The notes beneath the pieces are model-generated. The model saw only the letters and a list, made by a program, of their open reading frames with translations. It was not told the DNA's origin and ran no database searches. 64,000 nucleotides of DNA from an uncultured bacterium (GTDB lineage Bacteria > Fidelibacterota > Marinisomatia > Marinisomatales > JACNKV01): NCBI GenBank assembly GCA_964422145.1, contig CAYQZV010000002.1:150817-214816 (forward strand), read 5' to 3'. Each line of letters starts with the position of its first letter. Positions within the stretch are counted from its first letter, which is position 1. Of the stretch, positions 28,264 through 37,031 are shown piece by piece. The translations under genes and the position numbers were made by a program.

Positions 28264-28893
28264 TTATTTCTTCAGTAGATTTTCACGGAGACTTTTAAAA
28301 ATAGCACTAAATACAGCCACATCATCAGTTTTGGGTAAAACTAAATTGATTGTGTATGAAAGATTTAATTTCAACTCACCCTCTTGACCAGTATTCCCTG
28401 AAACCTCGGGTTGATTGGGTGTTGCCGGAGTCTTTAATTCCCCTTCAACTGGTTTTGTTTTGAAATCGGCAAATGATTTTAAAGCTTTAAAGGTCCCGTA
28501 GATTGCCCGTATAGTTTTATTACCTTTTTCAAGACCAGTCATTTCAACAATAAGACCTTCAAGGTCGCTTTTTTTTAAGCTATGTGCATACTCATTTCTT
28601 GAATATATATCAGCATATGCATTTTTTATTGCACATGCCATAGCAGCCTTGGATACTTTTTCATTTGTGTTTCTAAACTGTTTATAGAGTTCAGTTGGTG
28701 TTCCATCTGTACCTAACAAACCTAACTTTTTGGCTAATGGAATAAATGCTTTTGCACCTCCACCTGGAAAGCCTAATTCCGTAGCTATATAATCTTGAGT
28801 AAACCTATCTGGGGTAGCAGCAACCTTAATCTTGTCTAATATCTTCGATATTACGCCAGTTGCATTCATAAATGCGGGATAATTCTTTGCCAT
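28264..28893 (-). CDS. DUF5343-like protein (partner of the HEPN protein)
   Basis: 209 aa. The N-terminus NATGVISKILDKIKVAATPDRFTQDYIATELGFPGGGAKAFIPLAKKLGLLGTDGTPTELYKQFRN resembles the DUF5343 consensus as I recall it. There is a 2-nt gap to the HEPN gene. Confidence 0.55.
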   Translation of the reverse strand: MAKNYPAFMNATGVISKILDKIKVAATPDRFTQDYIATELGFPGGGAKAFIPLAKKLGLLGTDGTPTELYKQFRNTNEKVSKAAMACAIKNAYADIYSRNEYAHSLKKSDLEGLIVEMTGLEKGNKTIRAIYGTFKALKSFADFKTKPVEGELKTPATPNQPEVSGNTGQEGELKLNLSYTINLVLPKTDDVAVFSAIFKSLRENLLKK

Positions 28894-28936
28894 GCCTATC
28901 TCCTATATTCTTTGTAATTATTTTTGCCAACCAACA

Positions 28937-28962
28937 GCAGGGGATGTATATACACCCCCTGC
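28937..28962 (-). terminator. hairpin downstream of the T9SS-cargo gene (weak terminator candidate)
   Basis: GCAGGGG/CCCCTGC stem 14 nt past the stop. The T-run on the minus strand is poor. Confidence 0.3.
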
Positions 28963-28975
28963 CTTGATTCTTCTA

Positions 28976-31900
28976 TTATTTCAGCAGTACCAGTTTCTTG
29001 GTTTCAACAAAGCCACCTGACTTCATTCGGAATAAGTACATTCCGGATGGAACACGGTCACCGTTTTGATTCGTTCCGTTCCACATCAGTTTATATCTGC
29101 CTGCCGGAGTGAACCCGCTAACCAATTCAGCTACGACACGCCCGGATAAATCATATATCGTAAGTGTTATGTAACTATCTGCCGGTACGTCATACTCAAT
29201 CGTTGTTGTCGGGTTGAACGGGTTCGGGTAATTTTGACGTAATGCAAATTCAGTAGGGAGAGCAGTAGTTTCATCTGATTCTTTCCAAATCGCTCCAGGA
29301 ATATGTCTATATGTATGTACTTGGTTTGAATATTCGAAAGGCTGATTACTTAGATTCACCGCTCTGACCTGATAATTAACACGTTGATGTTCGCCAGTGC
29401 CCGGATCAACTTTTGTCACCTTGTATGTTAATCTTCCGTCCGGTTCTTCATCAATCTGCGAAATAGTAAAATCACCATCTTCATATGACCCGGTATTTTC
29501 GGTATCTATTATCACATTTTCAGAATTTGGACCCACAAACTCTCTCCATATCTCATGATGCTGATAATGATCAAAAGGATCAAACTCCCATGATAATGTC
29601 GGATGAGTACCAACTTCACCTGAAATGGACAGTAGTGTCGGCACCATTAATTGATCATAATAATATGCACCAATATCTGCTCTTGTAAGATCGGGATCTA
29701 AAGGAGAAGCTGGGTTTCCGGCATTAATACAGGGGCTGCTGGGTTGAAGGTGAAAATCATAGGTGCTCGGGTCTACAAAAAGCGGATCATCTGTTTGATT
29801 TCCAACCAAATTTATAGAATCAAAGTACTCCTCACTTAAATCGCCGCAGTAATATAGATTTGAATAACTGAGGTCTAATATAAAATCGGTATGATGATCT
29901 AAGCCAGTAATCAAATTATCGACATCCAATATTGTATTTACAATATTTAGATGAATATCCGACGAGTGATATATACTGGAACTAACAAAATTACCAGTAT
30001 TCACCAAGGTATTGTTTGTACTGTTTATTGTTAAATCAACATTAATAAGATCAGGATAACAATAACTAACCATACCTTCAGAGATATTATTAAACACGCA
30101 ATGATCAATATTAATATTAACATTTCCCTCATGACCCATTGAAAGTCCTTTTTCAGTATTTGAAATTGTGGAGTTACTAACATTAACGTTGCGGTCAACC
30201 TTTAACGTGGAGTTGACAAACTCAGAACCATCCATCGAGATTAAATGATCAACGGTGATTTTGAATCCGGTTGTATTTACTATCTCAGTAGGACCGCTGA
30301 ACCTTATGGTGATATCCCTGGGGACATTAAGATAAGTTCGTTCTGTATTATCACCTATTGTGAAGCTGGCTCCAGTGAATAAAAGATCATTTAAAAACCC
30401 GCCCATTATAGTACCGCCCGGGATAGTGACATCATAAACATCCCAGAACTCAATCGTGCCGCCGGCGCTGATATCTACCTCACTCAAAACGCCTTCAAGA
30501 TGAGCATTGTCTCCGGTAATAGCCACTTGATGGTAATATTCAAAATCTTGGTACCCTTCGCCCGGATCATATGTCAGATACAAATCATCAACTAAATAAT
30601 CAACATTCGGATCACTTACAACATCGCCTACAATTGTCATCGTATTATTGTTGATCGAAAAATACGGTTCAAAATCAACATGAAATTCATTGTATTCATA
30701 CCGAAGGCTGCCGTTTGCAACCGTAATGTTTTGGTAATAATCCGCTGCTATTACAACATCAGATGAAATTGATGATATATATGTATCAGGCTGATTTATA
30801 TTTGCGATTGTGCATATCCCACTGACAACCTGCCATCTTTTGAAAACTTGGTAAGTACCATCTCCGTTTTCAATAAATGGAGGTGAACTCATTCCAAGAT
30901 ATTCATCATTCTCAGACAAGGTAACATTGGGATCACCCGTTGAAACATTATAATACGCCGCTTCAACACCGGCACTACCAGATAAAAATACTACGTCAGT
31001 TTCTCTTGCTGTTGTTGTGGTATTACCGCCACCAAAATCGACTTGATCACCTACCCACTCTGCGAATACATTAAACCCTTCTGTATCAGTATTAAGAATT
31101 GTAGAGGTACGCAAAGAGTATATAAGATAACCTGGGTTAAAATTTACATTCTGATTCAAGAAAATGTTATAGAATTCAACGATTGATATCCAGTCCTCAC
31201 CTGTTTGACTCCCATCATCACGAACATACCAAGGGTCTTGAATTTCAGGACTGATTTCTGCTCCTATTGCTGTAATAGAAATTTCATGTTGTTCTTCAAA
31301 CCAAGCTGATAAACCGTCATTAAAATACATCTGTTCCATTTGAAACTGTTCAGTCGTTAATCGAAAATCAAGATCATTTGTCCAAGTAATCTGTTTTTCA
31401 TTATCTATTACTTCACTATGTGTTGTTGCAATATAGCTGTCATTTAGCCTTGCAAATAGTATAGAGGGAGATGGTTGATTAAGGTGAGTCAATTCTGGTG
31501 TGTCAATATTATATAACGAAAGTGTACCTGAAAGAAATCCATCCGGATCGGATGTTGATTTGTTTGATAATACAATTTCTTCATTTAGATTAACAGTAAT
31601 AAACAAAGCATCATCCGTTATGTTTAATTCAGGAATATCATCTCGGAAAAAATACGGATTCAGTTGAGGGTAAAACTCAACTAAATTAACTAATAATAAT
31701 TCTGAATAATGCTCTCCAAGGTTAAACGTGACCGTACTCTCTATTGGTAACCAATTAGGCCAAACATTAACAGTTAAACCAACTGTTATATTATCAAGGA
31801 CAATAAATGCATCGCCGGATTCAATGTCCTTTTCAATGGATGGCTCTCCCGATATATCAATCATTAAGTCCTTTGAGTGTGAAAACCCAAAATTATTATA

Positions 31901-32191
31901 GGCAATATTGAATTCTGCATATGCCGTAGCATCTAAACTCAAATTAATTGTATTAGTTGCTCCGATCAAATCAACAGTGCCAGAGTTAATTTTTATCTGG
32001 TAATTTATATCACTAATTGTCGGGTCTGGATGCCATTCACCGTAATTCAACGATTTAGTGTTTACCATAACATTTAATAACTCTTGCAAGGTTTGAGTTT
32101 CGTCCAATCGAAATGAAAATGAATTTTGAGCTTTTAGCGGGAACAATATGAGTAATATTGTAATAAATATTGTGTTTAATGTGTTTTTCAT
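28976..32191 (-). CDS. large secreted protein with T9SS C-terminal sorting domain and beta-helix-like region
   Basis: Signal peptide MKNTLNTIFITILLILFPLKAQ. The C-terminus NYPNPFNPTTTIEYDV...LTIYDLSGRVVAELV...GMYLFRMKSGGFVETKKLVLLK is the Por_Secre_tail type. DPLFVDPSTYDFHLQPSSPCINAG is typical of the end of right-handed beta-helix proteins. Confidence 0.85.
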   Translation of the reverse strand: MKNTLNTIFITILLILFPLKAQNSFSFRLDETQTLQELLNVMVNTKSLNYGEWHPDPTISDINYQIKINSGTVDLIGATNTINLSLDATAYAEFNIAYNNFGFSHSKDLMIDISGEPSIEKDIESGDAFIVLDNITVGLTVNVWPNWLPIESTVTFNLGEHYSELLLVNLVEFYPQLNPYFFRDDIPELNITDDALFITVNLNEEIVLSNKSTSDPDGFLSGTLSLYNIDTPELTHLNQPSPSILFARLNDSYIATTHSEVIDNEKQITWTNDLDFRLTTEQFQMEQMYFNDGLSAWFEEQHEISITAIGAEISPEIQDPWYVRDDGSQTGEDWISIVEFYNIFLNQNVNFNPGYLIYSLRTSTILNTDTEGFNVFAEWVGDQVDFGGGNTTTTARETDVVFLSGSAGVEAAYYNVSTGDPNVTLSENDEYLGMSSPPFIENGDGTYQVFKRWQVVSGICTIANINQPDTYISSISSDVVIAADYYQNITVANGSLRYEYNEFHVDFEPYFSINNNTMTIVGDVVSDPNVDYLVDDLYLTYDPGEGYQDFEYYHQVAITGDNAHLEGVLSEVDISAGGTIEFWDVYDVTIPGGTIMGGFLNDLLFTGASFTIGDNTERTYLNVPRDITIRFSGPTEIVNTTGFKITVDHLISMDGSEFVNSTLKVDRNVNVSNSTISNTEKGLSMGHEGNVNINIDHCVFNNISEGMVSYCYPDLINVDLTINSTNNTLVNTGNFVSSSIYHSSDIHLNIVNTILDVDNLITGLDHHTDFILDLSYSNLYYCGDLSEEYFDSINLVGNQTDDPLFVDPSTYDFHLQPSSPCINAGNPASPLDPDLTRADIGAYYYDQLMVPTLLSISGEVGTHPTLSWEFDPFDHYQHHEIWREFVGPNSENVIIDTENTGSYEDGDFTISQIDEEPDGRLTYKVTKVDPGTGEHQRVNYQVRAVNLSNQPFEYSNQVHTYRHIPGAIWKESDETTALPTEFALRQNYPNPFNPTTTIEYDVPADSYITLTIYDLSGRVVAELVSGFTPAGRYKLMWNGTNQNGDRVPSGMYLFRMKSGGFVETKKLVLLK

Positions 32192-32209
32192 TATATTCTC
32201 TCTTTCTGA

Positions 32210-33118
32210 CTACATAGTTTGGGTAACGACCATTGGGTTCCACCCCGAATCGCCTAGGTTATTAAAAACATAGTAAACGGCAAACCAACCATATTCAGAT
32301 CCAAATAACACTTTACATCTATATTGACCGCTTGGAATATTATTGCCCCATGCCATACCAATTCCATTTGACCATTCATCAGGGGACAATGATATATTAA
32401 CATTCTCATTTTCACTGCTTTGTCCCCATACATTATATATACCTATATACAATACATCAGTTGAAACATTTGAATTAAAACGAAGTGAATAATTCCCGTT
32501 AGATTCATACCACTGACCATCTATATCGGGTGGATTCCCCTCAATGTCAACAATTAATGAAAATTGTAGTAAATCAGTAAGGGCTTCCCATGTGAATGTA
32601 ATATTATTAACCGTTAAATCCACGAAATCAGGTATTGATGCATTACAACCTTCCAACAATGAATTGGGATATACTGTTAATTCCAGTCCTTCATACTCTG
32701 CTATGATAATATCTTTTATCCATTGAGGTCCATCCATGGAATCTATTTGTGCAGGGATACCTTCTAGATAACTTATAATACCACTTATAGATAATTCCCC
32801 CTCGGGAATATTTAGAGGTAAAATAAAAGGGTAATCAAACTGAATTGGGGTTCCCCCTATTACCGCGTTTGCATATACGGTGAAGCTGATGTTTACAACA
32901 TTTGACTCAATATCTATATTAGGATTCCACACATATATATCATAATCATTGCCATCATGATTACCTATTGGGTGTGGCAGCACTTCTGTTCTAAGTAAAG
33001 TATTGAGTGCTTCTTCCGGTTGTTCAAAATAGATGCTAATTGAATAATTATCTGCAAAACTCATGGAAATTAGAATTATTCCAATAGCTATCAATTTTGT
33101 CTTAATAAACTGTATCAT
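32210..33118 (-). CDS. secreted hypothetical protein
   Basis: 302 aa. N-terminal signal-like segment MIQFIKTKLIAIGIILISMSFA. 18-nt gap to the T9SS-cargo gene. Confidence 0.6.
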   Translation of the reverse strand: MIQFIKTKLIAIGIILISMSFADNYSISIYFEQPEEALNTLLRTEVLPHPIGNHDGNDYDIYVWNPNIDIESNVVNISFTVYANAVIGGTPIQFDYPFILPLNIPEGELSISGIISYLEGIPAQIDSMDGPQWIKDIIIAEYEGLELTVYPNSLLEGCNASIPDFVDLTVNNITFTWEALTDLLQFSLIVDIEGNPPDIDGQWYESNGNYSLRFNSNVSTDVLYIGIYNVWGQSSENENVNISLSPDEWSNGIGMAWGNNIPSGQYRCKVLFGSEYGWFAVYYVFNNLGDSGWNPMVVTQTM

Positions 33119-33216
33119 TAATATCTCCTGTTTTTTTCTGTTTGTATTGATTATAACCCGATACAGGAAGTATATTTCACTAGGAATACTTCTTGATATC
33201 AGGTTGTATTCATATC

Positions 33217-33256
33217 CAGCCCCAATAATTGTTCTAAAGCTAATTTATTGGGGCTG
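33217..33256 (-). terminator. 12-bp perfect hairpin downstream of the beta-propeller lipoprotein gene
   Basis: CAGCCCCAATAA / TTATTGGGGCTG, 36 nt past the stop at 33292. There is no clear T-run. Confidence 0.45.
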
Positions 33257-33291
33257 CTCTTATATGAATTCTTTCTTAATTATCCAAAACC

Positions 33292-34620
33292 CTACCTTCT
33301 TCCAATCGCTATCATCCCTCCTGGGATAGTGTTAAAATGTCCTGTGCTCACAATCATATCTCCTTTGTAATGTGCCCTTGTAAATAATGTATTTAATGTT
33401 CCATCGTATAATTCCTCATTAAAATCCCAAGTAGCTCCATTATAATGCACATACATTCCACCACCGCCCTTCATAAAAATATCATTCAAACCCTTTATGC
33501 ATAATGAGTTGTATTCATAATTGTTTATTACGCGGTCTATCGACGATTCACGGGTTAAGTAATTATATTTCCAAAGCCCTTGTCTCGTTACAAAATATGC
33601 TGTATCACTATAGACATATACGGATGAAAAAGCACCCAAGTCTGTATCGTTAGTGGGATATGTCTTTTCACAATAATAAAGTGTTTCAACAACCCCGTCA
33701 TGAATTTGATAAGCTACAGAGTAAGCTGGATCGAAGAAATCTCTTCCTATAGCAAAAACATATTCTCCATCAGGCGTACCGTGCATCTCTAACATTCTTA
33801 CTTCATGCTCAGTCTCCATCAATGTGAATTCATTGCCGTTATAATGTACCATACCCCCATCAATCCCTGTGAAATACATATTATCTGAAGAAGATCCCCA
33901 CAGTGTTAAAGCACTCACATCTAATCCCATGTTATGTAAATGATAAAGTGTCCACTCATTTCCATCCCAGTGAACAGGATAACCGCTTTGCACAAACCAA
34001 ATATCATTTTCAGCAAAGTACTGTATCTCTTGTACGCGGGCTACGTTCCTTATCCTTAGTATCTCCCACTCATTTCCGTTCCAATGGGCTGCATTAAAAT
34101 CTTCTTTTCCTGTCCCATTAAAACTTGAATCTGGGTCGTCCATAACTATCTTCCCCACAACCCAAATGTCGTTCTCATTCACAATTTCGGCGTCGGTAAA
34201 AAAACTACCATAAAGTCCTATTGTATCTATCTCCCATACAAAATTGTGGCTGGTTGTATCATTGGTAAATACTGTCAATAAATTACTTGTGTCTTTTCGT
34301 GTTGCTCCATCCATCCAAAATGCCTGATAATTGTATAGTGTGTTTGGACTTAATCCACCATCATGAATTATTGTGTCTCGCTGAAATACAGTACTTGTCA
34401 TAATCAGGGAGTCATTACGTATAAGGTCAAAGGTCCATTCACCGATTGTATCTTCGACGGCTATTTTTAGATCCGTTCCAACACAGCTGGTATTAAACCC
34501 CTCAAGCGATATGGTTGTAATTCGGGGGATTTCATCGTCAATCGGCGGGTCGGGGCAGGCGAAAAAGGTAAGACTACAAAGGATAAAAACCGCAATAAGG
34601 TAAAGAAACTTTTTGAACAT
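33292..34620 (-). CDS. lipoprotein with repeated HWxGNEW blades (beta-propeller-like)
   Basis: The start is moved to MFKKFLYLIAVFILCSLTFFAC (lipobox-like). Recurring motifs HWNGNEW, HWDGNEW, HYNGNEF and HYNGATW occur at roughly 45-60 aa spacing. Confidence 0.6.
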   Translation of the reverse strand: MFKKFLYLIAVFILCSLTFFACPDPPIDDEIPRITTISLEGFNTSCVGTDLKIAVEDTIGEWTFDLIRNDSLIMTSTVFQRDTIIHDGGLSPNTLYNYQAFWMDGATRKDTSNLLTVFTNDTTSHNFVWEIDTIGLYGSFFTDAEIVNENDIWVVGKIVMDDPDSSFNGTGKEDFNAAHWNGNEWEILRIRNVARVQEIQYFAENDIWFVQSGYPVHWDGNEWTLYHLHNMGLDVSALTLWGSSSDNMYFTGIDGGMVHYNGNEFTLMETEHEVRMLEMHGTPDGEYVFAIGRDFFDPAYSVAYQIHDGVVETLYYCEKTYPTNDTDLGAFSSVYVYSDTAYFVTRQGLWKYNYLTRESSIDRVINNYEYNSLCIKGLNDIFMKGGGGMYVHYNGATWDFNEELYDGTLNTLFTRAHYKGDMIVSTGHFNTIPGGMIAIGRR

Positions 34621-34742
34621 CAAGTTTAGTTTAAAATACATGATCAGCCTTTTTGTTTTGGAGAATCTACTCAAAAAATTCCTTTATAATGTTAAGTAAT
34701 TTGGGGTTCATTGGTTTTGATAGTAGTTTTTAATTTTAGTAT

Positions 34743-35150
34743 TTACTTCTTATTTCGTTTTTTATAAATATGTGTTTCTATAAGCCAAGGTTCAATACCC
34801 GTATTAGTACACCACTTGATTTGGCCTTTTATAATCTGGAAATGACTATAACAACCCTTCTTTTGCCATACTGAGGGAGATAAAGTAGGAACGCCTTTTG
34901 ATGATAGCTCTAATTTCCAATGGGGTCCATTATTTTTTTTCAATGGTAGCGATATCACACTATTACACCCGCAAGGGCAAATAAAAACAGACCAATATGA
35001 TTGATCGTTATAAATAACTATTACAAAATTTCTTTTCTTCAGTGTTTCAGTATCGGGTAACTTATCCACAATAACTGAATTGAAGTAATACTTTCTCTTA
35101 ACTGCAAAGAATCCTTTTCCAATTAGAAATGGTCTTTTAATAAATGTCAT
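34743..35150 (-). CDS. small Cys/Ser/His-rich protein of the Ubl operon (DUF6527-like)
   Basis: 135 aa from MTFIKRPF (146 aa from the upstream ATG at 35183, which would overlap the E1 gene). Motifs CPCGC, PTLSPSVW, GCYSHF and KWC. I recall that DUF6527 has a conserved SPS motif. Confidence 0.55.
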   Translation of the reverse strand: MTFIKRPFLIGKGFFAVKRKYYFNSVIVDKLPDTETLKKRNFVIVIYNDQSYWSVFICPCGCNSVISLPLKKNNGPHWKLELSSKGVPTLSPSVWQKKGCYSHFQIIKGQIKWCTNTGIEPWLIETHIYKKRNKK

Positions 35151-35157
35151 AAATATT

Positions 35158-36618
35158 TTAAATATCTGTCGGTATCTTACCATATTGTGGGGTACTTAAT
35201 CGATACTCCCCCTCCCCTAGTTTAAAAATACTATTCTCTTTACAATAAATACAATCAGAAACCTCTAACGGATTGTTACTATGTATATTTAAATGGATAA
35301 AATCAATCCAGATATTATCCTGCCTTAGATCAGTTGGAATAACTCTATAATTAGAAATTAAATTCATAAAAGTTGCTACTGCAATATTAGCTGTACATCT
35401 AGTAAAAGCTCCAATTCCAGGTGATTGAACATTCGCTCCAATAATATAATAATCTTTTTTTAAGATTGAGGGATCTAGATCAGCCAATTCAGGTCTATCT
35501 TTTAATTTTTGTTCATCAGATATTTTTTGATCATTAATAACATTCTGACATCGTAAACAGGAACCAAATTCAGGTAGAATACAACTGATGCGACCTTTTT
35601 GAGTTTTTAAGTATGGGGTGCCTTCTTGATCTTCCTCAACATTTCCCGACAGTCCAACGTCAATATATACTTGTGAATAATAATATAATGCTTGATTTAA
35701 TAAATCTCTTCCAGCTACGTCATCAGTGCATCCAAAAATAACATCAGCGCTGGATAGTGCATCTATTGCTTTTTCTGATTCATGTATATAATTTGGGATT
35801 GCTACAACCTTATTTTGTAGTCCTAAACTAAGTATATGTTTCTCCATAACTGTAGCTTTATTGTTACCTATATCTTCTTTTGTAAAACCACTCACTCTAT
35901 TCATGTTGGTTTCATCCAATTTATCCCCATCTATTAATATTAATTCACCAACCCCAGTTCTTGCGAGTAAATCAGCAATTGGAGACCCTGTCCCACCAAG
36001 GCCAACAATAGCAACTCTTAATGATTGAATCTTTATATTAAACGGTTTACCAAAGGCAATTTCTTGTCTATTTAGGTTTATTGTTGAAGTGTCGGGAACT
36101 TGACACCCATAAAGATCAAGCTTTTCTTTTAGAATAGATATGTGTCTAACATTTATTGCTTTTTCGGGATTATATCCCTGCCTAATCCTACCTATCCATT
36201 GATTATTAGAAAGAATTAGTGTAATTAAAAAAGAAGATGGTGTATTACAACCTACTAATCCCTGAAGTATATTTCTTTCATTTATATTGTCCATTTCAGA
36301 AAAAAACAATTGTTTTTTTGGATGGTTATGAACAAATCCTAACTCTAATTGTTCTTGTTCACAACGTAAATAAATTTCTGGAAAGTTTTTCATATTGATG
36401 GTAAACTGATTTTCAAAGCAACCAATTACCCAATCCCCATCCATCCTAATTACTTCGACTGATAAAAACCGATCTGAAATGGGAAGTCCATTGATTTCTC
36501 GTGCTAATCTTCTAAATAAAACAATAGCACCTCTTTCATAACCCTTCGGATGCATTGTGAGCCAAGTTTTCAGCTCTTGTTCATGAGTACCTAGTATTGT
36601 TATTCTATGTCCATTCAT
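35158..36618 (-). CDS. JAB/JAMM peptidase - E1 (ThiF/MoeB-like adenylyltransferase) fusion
   Basis: E28 plus H97-N-H99-x7-S107-x2-D110 is a full JAMM motif. GLGGTG (206-211), DGDKLDETNMNR (230-241), GCTDD (297-300) and CxxC pairs C354/C357 and C456/C459 indicate an E1-like Rossmann/zinc fold. Confidence 0.88.
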   Translation of the reverse strand: MNGHRITILGTHEQELKTWLTMHPKGYERGAIVLFRRLAREINGLPISDRFLSVEVIRMDGDWVIGCFENQFTINMKNFPEIYLRCEQEQLELGFVHNHPKKQLFFSEMDNINERNILQGLVGCNTPSSFLITLILSNNQWIGRIRQGYNPEKAINVRHISILKEKLDLYGCQVPDTSTINLNRQEIAFGKPFNIKIQSLRVAIVGLGGTGSPIADLLARTGVGELILIDGDKLDETNMNRVSGFTKEDIGNNKATVMEKHILSLGLQNKVVAIPNYIHESEKAIDALSSADVIFGCTDDVAGRDLLNQALYYYSQVYIDVGLSGNVEEDQEGTPYLKTQKGRISCILPEFGSCLRCQNVINDQKISDEQKLKDRPELADLDPSILKKDYYIIGANVQSPGIGAFTRCTANIAVATFMNLISNYRVIPTDLRQDNIWIDFIHLNIHSNNPLEVSDCIYCKENSIFKLGEGEYRLSTPQYGKIPTDI

Positions 36619-37031
36619 TTTTGTGCATCAGGTTTTTTTAAAGCCCATTCAATTCGGCATAATATTTTTTCAATATTATCAATCTTTGGGTTCCATGTTT
36701 GATGTTTAAAATGTCTTGACCAACGGCAAAACTCTCTTCCATTATATATCCTAGAATCCCCCTGTCCAATATTAAAAGCAGAAGGTATTTGTTTTTTATC
36801 AGCTCTTGAAAGTGGGGGGTGAACCCAAAACATGTCATTCCCGCTTGTATTATAGTTGGTAGGGATAACTACTAGCACATCAACGTAATCAATGGGTTCA
36901 TTTGCATATTCGTAGAGACCGGATTTTAATGGATAATCCTTTATTACCAAGAACCTATTTTTGACATCCTCTTCGTACTCAAGTCCAGACGCAGCAAGGA
37001 TTTCGTAATCTTCATCAAATAATAACGCCAT
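36615..37031 (-). CDS. prokaryotic E2/UBC-like protein (Prok-E2_E-like)
   Basis: 138 aa. DMFWVHPP (an HPN-like flap), followed ~30 aa later by FCRWSRH. ATGA overlap with the E1 gene and TAATG overlap with the Ubl gene. Confidence 0.7.
   Translation of the reverse strand: MALLFDEDYEILAASGLEYEEDVKNRFLVIKDYPLKSGLYEYANEPIDYVDVLVVIPTNYNTSGNDMFWVHPPLSRADKKQIPSAFNIGQGDSRIYNGREFCRWSRHFKHQTWNPKIDNIEKILCRIEWALKKPDAQK

Noticed and set aside
32055-32243. 62-aa minus-strand ORF spanning the junction of the two secreted-protein genes.
   Set aside because: It overlaps both better-supported genes in another frame.
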